Positions 46,088 through 55,624 of a DNA stretch of 64,000 nucleotides are shown one piece after another. Under the pieces are notes generated by a model, which had not been told where the DNA came from, did not search any database, and saw only the letters and a list, made by a program, of their open reading frames with translations. Every line of letters starts with the position of its first letter. Within the stretch, counting starts at the first letter, position 1. A program made the position numbers and the translations under genes. Origin of the DNA: Clostridia bacterium (GTDB lineage Bacteria; Bacillota; Peptococcia; DRI-13; SM3-B62); contig JAHDQS010000006.1 of NCBI GenBank assembly GCA_018433675.1, positions 66,425-130,424 of the forward strand. The letters run 5' to 3'.

Positions 46088-46453
46088 TTACTTGTCTTTA
46101 TCTTCCGGACAACCCTCATCGCCACAAGAACAAATGACCTCTACGAACTCATCATCATCATCAAAGTCCTCTTCATAATCATCATCGTCGAAGATGAATT
46201 CCTCATCCTCATCGTATAAATAATCGTCCTCGCCGTATACATCGTCCTCGACATCCCCCAGGTCTTCGTCTAGCGCCTCAAGATAGCTTTCCAATTCCTC
46301 CTGCATATCAGAAATGTCTTCAACCTCCTGGACAACTTCCTCGAGGATTTCTATTATAGCGGCAAACATCTTGCCTTCCTTCGTCCCCTTATCAATGTCC
46401 AACCCTTCCGACAGACCTTGCAAATAAGCAACTTTTTTGATTAAATCACTCAC
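46088..46453 (-). CDS. Hyper-acidic small protein with a C-terminal Cys cluster, unknown function
   Basis: 121 aa. The C-terminal 70 residues are mostly D/E and end in VICSCGDEGCPED. Immediately downstream of efp. I recall a similar conserved clostridial gene beside efp but cannot verify it. Confidence 0.6.
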   Translation of the reverse strand: MSDLIKKVAYLQGLSEGLDIDKGTKEGKMFAAIIEILEEVVQEVEDISDMQEELESYLEALDEDLGDVEDDVYGEDDYLYDEDEEFIFDDDDYEEDFDDDDEFVEVICSCGDEGCPEDKDK

Positions 46454-46526
46454 CTAAATCCCTCCTTTTCTAAGCTTATTTAAATATTATCTCCTTTATG
46501 ACAATAGTTAAACCAAAATTTAAATA

Positions 46527-47084
46527 CTACGCCCTGCTTACATAAGCGCCGGTTCTGGTATCAACGATCAAAACATCTCCCTCGTTAACGAAAAAGGGCA
46601 CTTGAACGGTCAAACCTGTTTCAAGGGTCGCCGGCTTGCTTCCGCCTGATGCGGTGTCTCCTTTAATTCCCGGATCGGTTTCCACTACTGCCAGTTCAAC
46701 CTGTTTTGGCAAATCAAGGCCTATAATCTGTTCCTGATAAAACAAAATTCCTGTTGTCATGTTTTCCTTTAAGTACTTGGGTGCATCCTCAAGCAGGCTT
46801 TCGGGAAGAGTCACCTGATCATATGTTTCGGTATCCATAAACACCCATGAATCGCCTTCTTTATAGAGATATTGCATTTCTTTACGTTCAATATGGGCTT
46901 TGGGGAACTTTTCACCGGGACGGAAGGTCTTTTCCACAACCGCTCCCGTCTTGACATTTTTTAATTTGCAGCGAACAAAAGCAGCTCCCTTTCCGGGCTT
47001 AACGTGCTGGAATTCGTTTAACTGTACTACCTCACCTTCCAATACGAAGGTTAACCCTGTTCTAAAATCTGTTGTCGAAATCAT
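46527..47084 (-). CDS. efp: Elongation factor P
   Basis: 185 aa. [16 protein letters not shown] with the conserved modified Lys loop. Confidence 0.95.
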   Translation of the reverse strand: MISTTDFRTGLTFVLEGEVVQLNEFQHVKPGKGAAFVRCKLKNVKTGAVVEKTFRPGEKFPKAHIERKEMQYLYKEGDSWVFMDTETYDQVTLPESLLEDAPKYLKENMTTGILFYQEQIIGLDLPKQVELAVVETDPGIKGDTASGGSKPATLETGLTVQVPFFVNEGDVLIVDTRTGAYVSRA

Positions 47085-47113
47085 TTTTGCCTCCTCACTC
47101 AGTCAAGACTGTC

Positions 47114-48184
47114 TTAAAGAATCATACTCGAAAGGGTCTTGGGAGATTTGCTTAAAACCTCACACCCTCCGGCAGTCAGCACAACGTCATCCTCAATCCG
47201 GACACCACCCCACCCTTCTATATAAACACCAGGCTCAACAGTCACAACCATTCCCGGCATTAAGACTGTTTCATTTTTTAAAGAAAGCCTTGGTTCTTCA
47301 TGAATATGCAAGCCAATTCCATGACCCAGACCATGACCGAAGTTCTTGCCGTATCCCTGTCGGTCTAGGTAATCACGAGCCAAGAAGTCTACCTCAGCAC
47401 AGGTCATACCGGGCTGAATATTTTCCAAGGCCAAGGTTTGCGCCTGCAAAACCTTCTCATAAATATTCCTTTGCTCATCCGTGGGCTCCCCCACAAACAA
47501 CGTCCTGGTTATATCGGAATGATACCCTTTATACACTGCCCCAAAATCAATGGTTACCATTTCCCCCGATCGAATCACCTTGTCCGTCGCTACCCCGTGT
47601 GGCAACGAAGAGCGCGGTCCTGACGCCACTATTGTTTCAAAGGCACATTTTTCAGCACCGATCCTTCTCATATAAAACTCCAACTCAAGGGCTATTTCCC
47701 TTTCAGTCAAGCCCGCATGCAGATACCTTCTGATATGTGAAAAACCCTCATCGGCTATGGCCACAGCCTCTCTTAACAACAATAATTCTTCCGCATCCTT
47801 TATCCCTCGTGCTTCTATACAAGGATCATCGATTGCCATCAGTTCACCACAAGGTAGATTTTCTTTCAGAGCTTCATATGCCGCCAGAGTCACATAATCC
47901 CTTTCGAGACCAATCCTCTTCAAGCCGTATTCTGCCACGATTTTTCCCAAAACCTTTTCCGGGGTATCATCCTGCTCAATAACTGTAAAACCATCTGCTT
48001 CATTTTTTACCTGTTCCCTATACCTAAAGTCCGTAACAATGATTTTCTCCTCTTTTGTCAAAACCAAAAACCCGCTTGTACCGGTGAAGCCACTTAGGTA
48101 TCTGCGATTAACAGGTTTGAAGAACACAAAGGCCTCTAACCCCTGCCCCAGAAATTTCTCCCTAACCTTGGCGATTCTGTCCAT
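47114..48184 (-). CDS. Xaa-Pro aminopeptidase / M24 family peptidase
   Basis: 356 aa. Metal ligands DFGAVYKGYHSDITRT, HGLGHGIGLHIHE and EPGVY ... RIED. Sits upstream of efp as for B. subtilis yqhT. Confidence 0.88.
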   Translation of the reverse strand: MDRIAKVREKFLGQGLEAFVFFKPVNRRYLSGFTGTSGFLVLTKEEKIIVTDFRYREQVKNEADGFTVIEQDDTPEKVLGKIVAEYGLKRIGLERDYVTLAAYEALKENLPCGELMAIDDPCIEARGIKDAEELLLLREAVAIADEGFSHIRRYLHAGLTEREIALELEFYMRRIGAEKCAFETIVASGPRSSLPHGVATDKVIRSGEMVTIDFGAVYKGYHSDITRTLFVGEPTDEQRNIYEKVLQAQTLALENIQPGMTCAEVDFLARDYLDRQGYGKNFGHGLGHGIGLHIHEEPRLSLKNETVLMPGMVVTVEPGVYIEGWGGVRIEDDVVLTAGGCEVLSKSPKTLSSMIL

Positions 48185-48185
48185 C

Positions 48186-48638
48186 TTACTCTCCTTCCAG
48201 CGAGGAAGCGTAATGAGAAACGGCTCGCAAGGCTAAATGGTATCCTAAAGGACCTAACCCACATATTTGTCCCTGTACAACATCCGCCAAAAGGGACTTA
48301 TGACGGAACCCCTCCCGGGCATAGATATTGCTGATATGGACTTCGATCGCAGGTATTTTTACAGCCAGTAGAGCGTCCCGAATGGCAATACTCGTATGGG
48401 TATATGCCGCGGCATTAATAATGATGTAGTCGGTATTGCCTGCTAGACTGTGAACTTTTTCTACAATCTCCCCTTCATGATTTGATTGAAAGCACTCAAC
48501 CGAAAGTCCCTCTTTTTCCCCGGCTTCAATCAGTTCCTCATGTAACTGTTCCAGGGTCAGTCGACCGTACAACGACGGCTCTCTGGTTCCTAACATATTG
48601 ATATTAGGCCCTTGTATTACACATACCCTTATCTCCAT
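48186..48638 (-). CDS. aroQ: Type II 3-dehydroquinate dehydratase
   Basis: 150 aa. GPNINMLGTREP..YG, NAAAYTHTSIA and HISNIYAREGFRH motifs. Confidence 0.93.
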   Translation of the reverse strand: MEIRVCVIQGPNINMLGTREPSLYGRLTLEQLHEELIEAGEKEGLSVECFQSNHEGEIVEKVHSLAGNTDYIIINAAAYTHTSIAIRDALLAVKIPAIEVHISNIYAREGFRHKSLLADVVQGQICGLGPLGYHLALRAVSHYASSLEGE

Positions 48639-48668
48639 ATTCTCAATACCTCCTGCATTTTACCATAA

Positions 48669-48692
48669 AGAGGCAGTATTTCCTAGCCTCTT
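48669..48692. terminator. Hairpin between pmbA and aroQ (A/T-flanked, bidirectional shape)
   Basis: AGAGGC-N12-GCCTCT, followed by TTTTTT on the plus strand and TTTATGG on the minus strand. Confidence 0.4.
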
Positions 48693-48721
48693 TTTTCACT
48701 GTCTCTTTTTGTTACCGTTAT

Positions 48722-50065
48722 TCAAGCCCCGCTTACACTCATTTGTCTGACCCTGACCGTAGGGGCTCCTTTTCCGGCAAAAAAAGTTAGGTCATCGGCG
48801 ATGGCATCAATATCCAATAAAAGTTCCTTTAAGTTTCCGGCAATCGCCACTCCCTTGACAGGTACAGTCAACTCACCGTTTTCAATCAATAACCCGGCCG
48901 CACCCACCGAGAAATCCCCGGAAACCGGATTGGCCGTATGCATCCCTAAAACTTCGGTAACATACAAACCTCTCTTAACATCCCGCAAAAGCTCTTTTTT
49001 TGACATAGAGCCATTTTTTATATACAGATTTGTGATGCCTATTTCAGGAAGATTCTTATAGGAACCGCGCACCCCGTTTCCTGTTGATTCGCGACCATAC
49101 TTTACGGCCGTATATGAATTATGAAGAAAGCCCTGTAAGACACCGTCTTTAACGAGCACCGACTCCTCAGTCGCGGTTCCTTCTCCGTCGAAAGGAGCAG
49201 AACCCAGCCTTCCGGGCATTGTTCCGTCGTCAATAATACTTATCTGCGAACCGCCGACCTTTTTCCCTTCTTCACCTTTCAAGAAAGACTTGCCTTTTAA
49301 GACTTCCTCGGCGGAAAAGACCGAACTCAGTACCCTTAAAAAGCCGGTAACAGTGTAAGGATCGAGAACCACCGGCATTGTACACGATGATATCGGAGAA
49401 GCTCCCAGCATACGTATCGCTTTGTCTCCGGCTTCCTTCCCGATGCTCCCCGGGTCGAGCTCCCGATATTTCAGCACATACCGCATCTCAAAACCCGTCT
49501 GGGCATCATGGCCGTCCTTAGCCACAAAAACCCCATAACCTCCACAATATGAACCGGCGTACGACACAGCCAAGCCAAGGCTGTTAAAAACACTCACGCT
49601 ATACTTTGATTCCTGATAGACAGCTTTTTCCGTTATTACCACTCTATCATCATAGCTGCGTGCTGCCTCCTCGATGTCCAAAGCAATCTTGATTTTATCC
49701 TCAACCGCAACCTGAAAAATGCTTTCGTCATATAAGTCCAACCTGGGAAAGGAGGCAGACGGCGTAGGCAAAGCCCTGGCTTTATCCGCCTGAGACTGTT
49801 TGGAATTATGAACTGCTTTGTCGATCACTTTTTTCAATGCCTCCGGTGATAGGTCTGAGCTAAAAGAATAACCCACCCTGCCGTCGGAAAAGACCCGCAG
49901 CCCCAGCCCTCTTTCCTGAGCAAGCTTCATATTCTCCACCGTTTTCTCACTAACCTCTATCGTCATTTCCTGAGAATCCTGAACATAAAGCTCTGCCTGA
50001 TCAAAACCCATTCTTTTGACCGTTTCGAGAACCTCTTTTGCTGTTTCTTCATAGCTAATAGGCAT
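48722..50065 (-). CDS. pmbA: PmbA/TldE metalloprotease partner subunit
   Basis: Start at MPISYEE (GGAGGG RBS), which removes the overlap with the upstream gene. PmbA_TldD family layout without the HExxxH motif. Confidence 0.85.
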   Translation of the reverse strand: MPISYEETAKEVLETVKRMGFDQAELYVQDSQEMTIEVSEKTVENMKLAQERGLGLRVFSDGRVGYSFSSDLSPEALKKVIDKAVHNSKQSQADKARALPTPSASFPRLDLYDESIFQVAVEDKIKIALDIEEAARSYDDRVVITEKAVYQESKYSVSVFNSLGLAVSYAGSYCGGYGVFVAKDGHDAQTGFEMRYVLKYRELDPGSIGKEAGDKAIRMLGASPISSCTMPVVLDPYTVTGFLRVLSSVFSAEEVLKGKSFLKGEEGKKVGGSQISIIDDGTMPGRLGSAPFDGEGTATEESVLVKDGVLQGFLHNSYTAVKYGRESTGNGVRGSYKNLPEIGITNLYIKNGSMSKKELLRDVKRGLYVTEVLGMHTANPVSGDFSVGAAGLLIENGELTVPVKGVAIAGNLKELLLDIDAIADDLTFFAGKGAPTVRVRQMSVSGA

Positions 50066-50067
50066 TT

Positions 50068-50778
50068 CTAACCCTCCATTACCGACTGATTCCGGTATCT
50101 GCAAAGCTCAGCCAGGGGACAGGATGAACAGTCAGGATTATTTTTCATGCACGTGCTCTTACCCAAACTGTCCAGTAGCGCATGATACTCATTAAACAAC
50201 TTAGCCTCCTGAGGTAGATTCCCCATGAAAAACTGCTGCATCCCCTGATATTCTATTTTTTCATCAAAATAGCCCAATCGCTGAAAAATTCGCTTGGTGT
50301 AAGCATCTATCACAAATATTGGCTGACCGCTGCCATACAAGATAATCGAATCGGCCGTTTCCTGTCCGATTCCATAAATACCTAACAGCTCTTCACGCTG
50401 CTGCCAAAGAGGAAGTGCCAACAAGGCCTGCAAATCCCCTCCATGTTCGGCATCCACATATTCAACAAATGCTTTCAACTTCCTGGCTTTGGTCTTATAG
50501 TACCGCGTAGACCTTATCAGCTCCTCCAGCACCTCTACAGGAACCCTCCTGACACCCTCCAAACTCATAAGATCTTGGTTTTGCAAATGGCCCAACGCCG
50601 TCTCCACATTCTTCCACGACACATTTTGCGCCAGGATGGCTCCGATAATCATCTCCACAACACTTTCTGCAGGCCACCAATGACACGGACCAAAACGATC
50701 GTGCAGCAGGGAGAATACTTCCATCAATTGAGCTTCGGTTGACTTTTTTGCCGTCTTTGCGCCACTCATCGTTCTCAC
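50068..50778 (-). CDS. Endonuclease III-related HhH-GPD protein with a C-terminal 4-Cys (FeS-loop-like) motif
   Basis: 236 aa. IIGAILAQNVSWKNVETAL, HhH (LLGIYGIGQETADSIILY) and C-terminal CMKNNPDCSSCPLAELC. Wedged between tldD and pmbA. Confidence 0.7.
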   Translation of the reverse strand: MRTMSGAKTAKKSTEAQLMEVFSLLHDRFGPCHWWPAESVVEMIIGAILAQNVSWKNVETALGHLQNQDLMSLEGVRRVPVEVLEELIRSTRYYKTKARKLKAFVEYVDAEHGGDLQALLALPLWQQREELLGIYGIGQETADSIILYGSGQPIFVIDAYTKRIFQRLGYFDEKIEYQGMQQFFMGNLPQEAKLFNEYHALLDSLGKSTCMKNNPDCSSCPLAELCRYRNQSVMEG

Positions 50779-52199
50779 AACCTTCTTATCTTTGCATTTT
50801 TGCGTGACTCGGCAAACCTGCCCCCTATAATCAACTCCTTCACGGCCATAGTCGGTTGGGCATCCGAAACCGGTACGCCTTGACCTTCCTTACCGCAAAT
50901 ACCAATCGTATAACCCAGATCCTTCCCTACCATTTCCACCATCTTTAAAGTTTCGGGACCGTTGCCGGCTAAAGTCGCGCCTCTTACCGGAGGCCCAATT
51001 TCCCCGTCTTTGATAATATATGCTTCCGCCACATCAAAGACATAATCACCCGTTATCGTATTGACCTGTCCTCCGCCCATGGCCGTCACCAAGAGGCCAT
51101 CACCCATCTCTTTTATTATTTTTTCGGGAGGCAATTTGCCGGGCGCAATATATGTATTGCGCATCCTGGGAATAGGTCTATACTGGTACGATTCGCGCCT
51201 GCCGTTTCCGGTGGAAGCTCTGTTTTCCCGGGAGGCCGTTTGATAATCGTACATATATTCTTCCAAAACCCCATTATTAATCAAGACCGTCTTTTGCACC
51301 GGATATCCTTCATCATCGTAACGTAACGAGCCGAATTTTTTGGGGATGGTCCCATCATCGATGACACTGATTACATCTGCTGCAACCTTATCCCCTTTCT
51401 TTCCGGAATAAACGGACAACTGCTTTTGCACCAAGTCCGCCTCCAACGCATGACCACAGGCTTCATGCACCATAGTTCCACCGGCTTGGGCAGCCATAAC
51501 AACAGGCATCTTCCCTGTCGGTGCGGCTTTTGCGCTCAGCATCAGCACCGCGCGTTTTGCAGCGTCCTCGCCTATCTTATCCGGCTCATAATCATTCTTA
51601 AGCAACTCAAACCCCGTTGTCCCGCCCACAGAGCGGAAACCGGTTTGAATGACTCCATTTTCGGCAGCCACTGCATTGACTGACATCCTGGTACGCACAC
51701 GCCTATCCTTTACAAAGATACCTTCGGTATTGGCTATCATCACCTCTTGCTTAATATCCCCGTAACCGACTGTAACCTGGTTTATACGCTTATCAACACC
51801 ACGGGCGGCTTTATTGGCTTTTCTGATGGCCTCCACCTTTGCCTCGATTTCTACCTTTTCCGGAGGTACCTCAATAAAGGGCTCAAACGCCGCAACAGGT
51901 GTCCTGAAGTCCAACTGCTCCATTATGCCGGCATCCTTACTTTTTAGAGCTCTGCCGGCCATCTCAGCCACTTCCAATAAGCGGTTTAAACTAACCTCAT
52001 TGGTATATGCATAGGAAGAACCGGTGCCGGAAATCACGCGAATCCCTGCCCCTTCATCTATTCCTGAATTTATTCGTTCAATACCGTTATTTTCACATAC
52101 AATGGTCGAGGTTTCCTTATGCTCCCAAAAAAACTCGGCAAAATCAGCACCAAACCGCATCGCTGTCTTTAAAACCTCTTCAATTCCTTTTCGATCCAT
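50775..52199 (-). CDS. tldD: TldD metalloprotease
   Basis: 474 aa. Zinc motif MVHEACGHALE and the C-terminal GxC motif GICGKEGQ. Confidence 0.9.
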   Translation of the reverse strand: MDRKGIEEVLKTAMRFGADFAEFFWEHKETSTIVCENNGIERINSGIDEGAGIRVISGTGSSYAYTNEVSLNRLLEVAEMAGRALKSKDAGIMEQLDFRTPVAAFEPFIEVPPEKVEIEAKVEAIRKANKAARGVDKRINQVTVGYGDIKQEVMIANTEGIFVKDRRVRTRMSVNAVAAENGVIQTGFRSVGGTTGFELLKNDYEPDKIGEDAAKRAVLMLSAKAAPTGKMPVVMAAQAGGTMVHEACGHALEADLVQKQLSVYSGKKGDKVAADVISVIDDGTIPKKFGSLRYDDEGYPVQKTVLINNGVLEEYMYDYQTASRENRASTGNGRRESYQYRPIPRMRNTYIAPGKLPPEKIIKEMGDGLLVTAMGGGQVNTITGDYVFDVAEAYIIKDGEIGPPVRGATLAGNGPETLKMVEMVGKDLGYTIGICGKEGQGVPVSDAQPTMAVKELIIGGRFAESRKNAKIRRL

Positions 52200-52277
52200 T
52201 TTACCGCCTCCGTTTGGCTAACACATCCACATAGTTATTCTCTGCGTCCGGTGGCTAAACTATCCGTTTTCTCATTC

Positions 52278-52553
52278 CTAATCCTTCCTACAATGATAGG
52301 GATTTTTGCTAACCTTATCAATAGCCTTAACGACCTCTGTTAAAACATCGGTAGGCATTTGTTGAGACAACATCTTTGTCCTGGCATAAACGTCTCCTTG
52401 TCTGTTAACGACATAGTTCGGCTTTAAGTGGTTTATGGCCAAGCAGGCCATATCATAACGACACTGTTCGCAACTGCAGATATCCTTTTTCTCCTTTAGT
52501 ACCTTATCTAATGCTTCCCACACCCAAAGCAAAGTATAATTTACCAATTCCAC
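52278..52553 (-). CDS. ComFB-domain (late competence development protein ComFB-like) small protein
   Basis: CSCEQCRYDMACLAINHLKPNYV is the ComFB signature. I prefer the GTG start at 52553 (AGAGGGG RBS, 8 nt) over the track ATG at 52601. Confidence 0.65.
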   Translation of the reverse strand: MELVNYTLLWVWEALDKVLKEKKDICSCEQCRYDMACLAINHLKPNYVVNRQGDVYARTKMLSQQMPTDVLTEVVKAIDKVSKNPYHCRKD

Positions 52554-52594
52554 CGAAATCACCCCTCTTTTTTTGAGTAATAATCCGAGTATTA

Positions 52595-53131
52595 TTACCA
52601 AAAGAATATCGCCAGAAAACCAAGGGCCAAAAAGGGACCGAAAGGAATGGGATCAAGGCGTCCTTTTTTCTTGAAAATCATTAACAAAACGCCCCCTACA
52701 CTTCCTGAAACAGCAGCAACAAAAAGAAAATGCAGCACCTCAGGAAAGCCCAGCCAAAATCCCATTACGGCAGCCAGCTTAATATCACCTCCGCCAATGC
52801 CCCCACGGCTTATCATCGCCAACAGCATAAGCACCGCAAAACCTGCGGTACAACCAATAACCCGGTTTAAAACAGAAAGCTCCTGTGTAATGAAATGATA
52901 ACCGATTCCCACCGTAAAAAGTAAAACAGTTAAACTGTTTGGTATGATGTAACTTTTTCCGTCAATCACAGACAACACAAGGGAAAATGAAAAAAGAAGA
53001 GCTCCCACCATACCTTTGACACTAAAACCATATAAGTAGATGATAACCAACCATCCCATGACGTTCACTATTCCCAGCGGTAAGCCGTGCCGCAATACCA
53101 GGTTAAAACAATTCTCTTCAAACAACCTCAT
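52595..53131 (-). CDS. A24-family prepilin peptidase, short form (no methyltransferase domain)
   Basis: 178 aa, polytopic. The two Asp motifs are present (VIDGKSYIIPN and GGGDIKLAAVMG). Confidence 0.8.
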   Translation of the reverse strand: MRLFEENCFNLVLRHGLPLGIVNVMGWLVIIYLYGFSVKGMVGALLFSFSLVLSVIDGKSYIIPNSLTVLLFTVGIGYHFITQELSVLNRVIGCTAGFAVLMLLAMISRGGIGGGDIKLAAVMGFWLGFPEVLHFLFVAAVSGSVGGVLLMIFKKKGRLDPIPFGPFLALGFLAIFFW

Positions 53132-53140
53132 AATTGCTCC

Positions 53141-54190
53141 TCAGATTTTTCTTTTTATCGAATACTTCAAGGCAGTTTCTTGAGTTATTTGCCCGTTTTG
53201 AACCAATCTCTCCAGAGCCATATCCATTGTTTGCATTCCCCATCTTTCCCCTGTCTGCAAAACAGTAGGAATCTGATGGGTCTTACCCTCTCTGATCAGA
53301 TTACGAACTGCCGGAGTTGCACTCATCACTTCTGCAGCGAGAACCCTGTTTTTCTCGACTATACCCGGCAATAACTGTTGAGCAACGACACCTTGAATAG
53401 TAGCAGCTAACTGCACCTTAATTTGTTCGTGCTGTTGTTGAGGAAAAACTTCAATTATTCTTTCTACAGTCTGCACCACACCGTTGACAGAAAGCGCTGC
53501 AAACACCAGGTGTCCCATTTCCGCCGCATCGATAGCGGTAGCTATAGTTTGCGCATCACGCATCTCTCCGATAAGAATAACATCAGGGTCTTGTCTGAGA
53601 CAAGCTCTGAGGGCCCCTGCCGTTGAAAACGTATCGCTCCCTATCTCCCGCTGGTTGACAATACTTTTTTTATGCTGGTACAGGTATTCAATGGGGTCCT
53701 CTATTGTTATAATATGACAACTACGTTCCTGATTGATTTTATCAATCAAAGCTGCTAATGTTGTTGATTTTCCGCTGCCTGTAGGTCCGGAAACCAAAAC
53801 AAGGCCCTGCTTTTTTCCCGCAAATGTTGACACCGCAGTAGGAAGTCCAAGTGAATCTAATTCAGGTATATTGTAGGGGACAGGCCTGATAGCCAAACTT
53901 GAACAGCCTCTCTGTCGATAAGCATTGACACGGAAACGTCCTATACCCGGCAAAGAATAGGAAAACTCCAATTCTCCTTTCTTCTGCCATATTTCATATT
54001 GCTCAGGGGTCATCAGTGTTTTGGTTGCTTGACCAGTGTCTTCCCTGCTCAATGGCTTTGCTTCACCGGCCTCTACCCCCAATAATACCAAATCGCCGGA
54101 TATTCTGAAGGCAACCGGAGTACCTACAGTTAAATGAATATCGGACGCCTTCTCACTAACAGCCTTTTTAAGCAATTCAACAACATCCAC
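53141..54190 (-). CDS. pilT: Type IV pilus retraction ATPase PilT
   Basis: 349 aa. Walker A GPTGSGKSTT, Asp box, Walker B, His box (GHLVFAAL), PilT-type AIRNLIREGK motif (here AVRNLIREGK). Confidence 0.88.
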   Translation of the reverse strand: MDVVELLKKAVSEKASDIHLTVGTPVAFRISGDLVLLGVEAGEAKPLSREDTGQATKTLMTPEQYEIWQKKGELEFSYSLPGIGRFRVNAYRQRGCSSLAIRPVPYNIPELDSLGLPTAVSTFAGKKQGLVLVSGPTGSGKSTTLAALIDKINQERSCHIITIEDPIEYLYQHKKSIVNQREIGSDTFSTAGALRACLRQDPDVILIGEMRDAQTIATAIDAAEMGHLVFAALSVNGVVQTVERIIEVFPQQQHEQIKVQLAATIQGVVAQQLLPGIVEKNRVLAAEVMSATPAVRNLIREGKTHQIPTVLQTGERWGMQTMDMALERLVQNGQITQETALKYSIKRKI

Positions 54191-54223
54191 GTCGGCAGCC
54201 CTCCTTTTTAACTGAGTTCTCTA

Positions 54224-55624
54224 TCAACCTGTCATCTTCCTGTATTGCTGTAAGATTTTTTCAATAGCCTCCTCGATGCCCAAATCAGAAGTATCGCAAT
54301 AAATATCGGCATTCTTATAATACTCTTCCCTTTCTTTCATCAGCCGCAATATTTTTTCGTATTGATCGCCTTCCTGCAGAAGAGGCCTATTCTCATCTCT
54401 TTTCACTCGCTTTAAAATTATCTCCGGCCTGGCTGTCAAGCAGACAATAATCCCATCGGCAGCAAGGGCTTCCATATTGCTGTGGTCAAGAACGACCCCT
54501 CCTCCGGTGGATATGACACAGTTTTTTCTTAGGGCAATTTCACGTATTTTTTCTTTTTCTTTTAAGCGAAATTCTTTTTCCCCGTACTCCTGAAAAATAT
54601 CGGGGATACTCATCCCCATATCCCTCTCTATTTCCATGTCCGAATCATAGAAATCTTTATGCAAAAAGGCCGCCAGCCTTTTCCCGATAGAAGATTTACC
54701 AGTGCCGCTAAAGCCTGTCAAAACAATGTTGGACTTCATTGTTATCTTCTCCAGTGTTTCACGCATTTCTTTGATTGGCGGCTCTTGCCCCGTCCATAGT
54801 TTATAAGCTTCCGCACCTTGATACAGCAACATTCCCAATCCCGTAACCGTTTGACAGCCGAGACTTTCCGCCTCTTTTAACAGCCTCGTCTTTAACGGAT
54901 TATACACAATGTCACAAACAACAAACCTCTTATCCAATAAAGACCTGTCCAATGAAAGCTCATCATTGCGGGGATGCATCCCTAAAGAAGTAGTATTAAT
55001 CACAATATCCGTTTCCTTTAACACCTCTTGCATTTCCTCGCAACTTTGTTTCACAGGCGCACTGCAGCTTCTGACCTGTCTGTTTATATCAGACGATAAG
55101 GCAACAGCCTTATCCATAGTTCTATTACAGATGAATATTTTATTTGCTCCTCGTTGAGCAAGTGTCATAGAGACGGCTCTGGCAGCCCCGCCACTGCCTA
55201 TGATGAAAATATTGCTTCCCCTAACATCCCTACCTGTCTGCTGCTCTATCGACTTAACAAATCCGCTGCCGTCGGTATTGTAACCCTTTGTCCTGCCGCC
55301 ACCGATAACAACAGTATTAACCGCGCCGATGCTTGCGGCAAGCTCATCAATCTCATCTAAATGCGGCATAATATTGATTTTATGAGGAACCGTGACATTA
55401 AAGCCGACGAAATTCATCTTTGTCAAGCCCTTGACAACATCTCCCAAATCCTCGCCTTGCACTTCAATGGGCAGATAAAGATAGTTTAACCCTTTAACCT
55501 TAAAAGCCCTATTCTGCATGGCGGGAGAATAGGAATGCTTAAGGGGATACCCCAAGATACCAACCAGCTTGGTATCCGTATTCACTTCAAACACTACCGC
55601 CCCTCCTTTCCTTTGCATGATCAA
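54224..55624 (-). CDS. aroE: Shikimate dehydrogenase - shikimate kinase fusion (AroE N-terminal, AroK C-terminal)
   Basis: 466-aa uninterrupted ORF. AroE part (GYPLKHSYSPAMQN, GSGGAARAV). At the internal Met (54737-54739) a complete kinase begins with MKSNIVLTGFSGTGKSS ... DSD ... GGGVVL. A GGAG motif lies 6 nt before that Met. Confidence 0.85.
   Translation of the reverse strand: MIMQRKGGAVVFEVNTDTKLVGILGYPLKHSYSPAMQNRAFKVKGLNYLYLPIEVQGEDLGDVVKGLTKMNFVGFNVTVPHKINIMPHLDEIDELAASIGAVNTVVIGGGRTKGYNTDGSGFVKSIEQQTGRDVRGSNIFIIGSGGAARAVSMTLAQRGANKIFICNRTMDKAVALSSDINRQVRSCSAPVKQSCEEMQEVLKETDIVINTTSLGMHPRNDELSLDRSLLDKRFVVCDIVYNPLKTRLLKEAESLGCQTVTGLGMLLYQGAEAYKLWTGQEPPIKEMRETLEKITMKSNIVLTGFSGTGKSSIGKRLAAFLHKDFYDSDMEIERDMGMSIPDIFQEYGEKEFRLKEKEKIREIALRKNCVISTGGGVVLDHSNMEALAADGIIVCLTARPEIILKRVKRDENRPLLQEGDQYEKILRLMKEREEYYKNADIYCDTSDLGIEEAIEKILQQYRKMTG

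Noticed and set aside
46900-47733. 277-aa plus-strand ORF
   Set aside because: It is entirely antisense to efp and the M24 peptidase gene, both with unmistakable motifs. Its translation is Pro/Ser/His-rich low-complexity sequence with no RBS. This is a typical shadow ORF.
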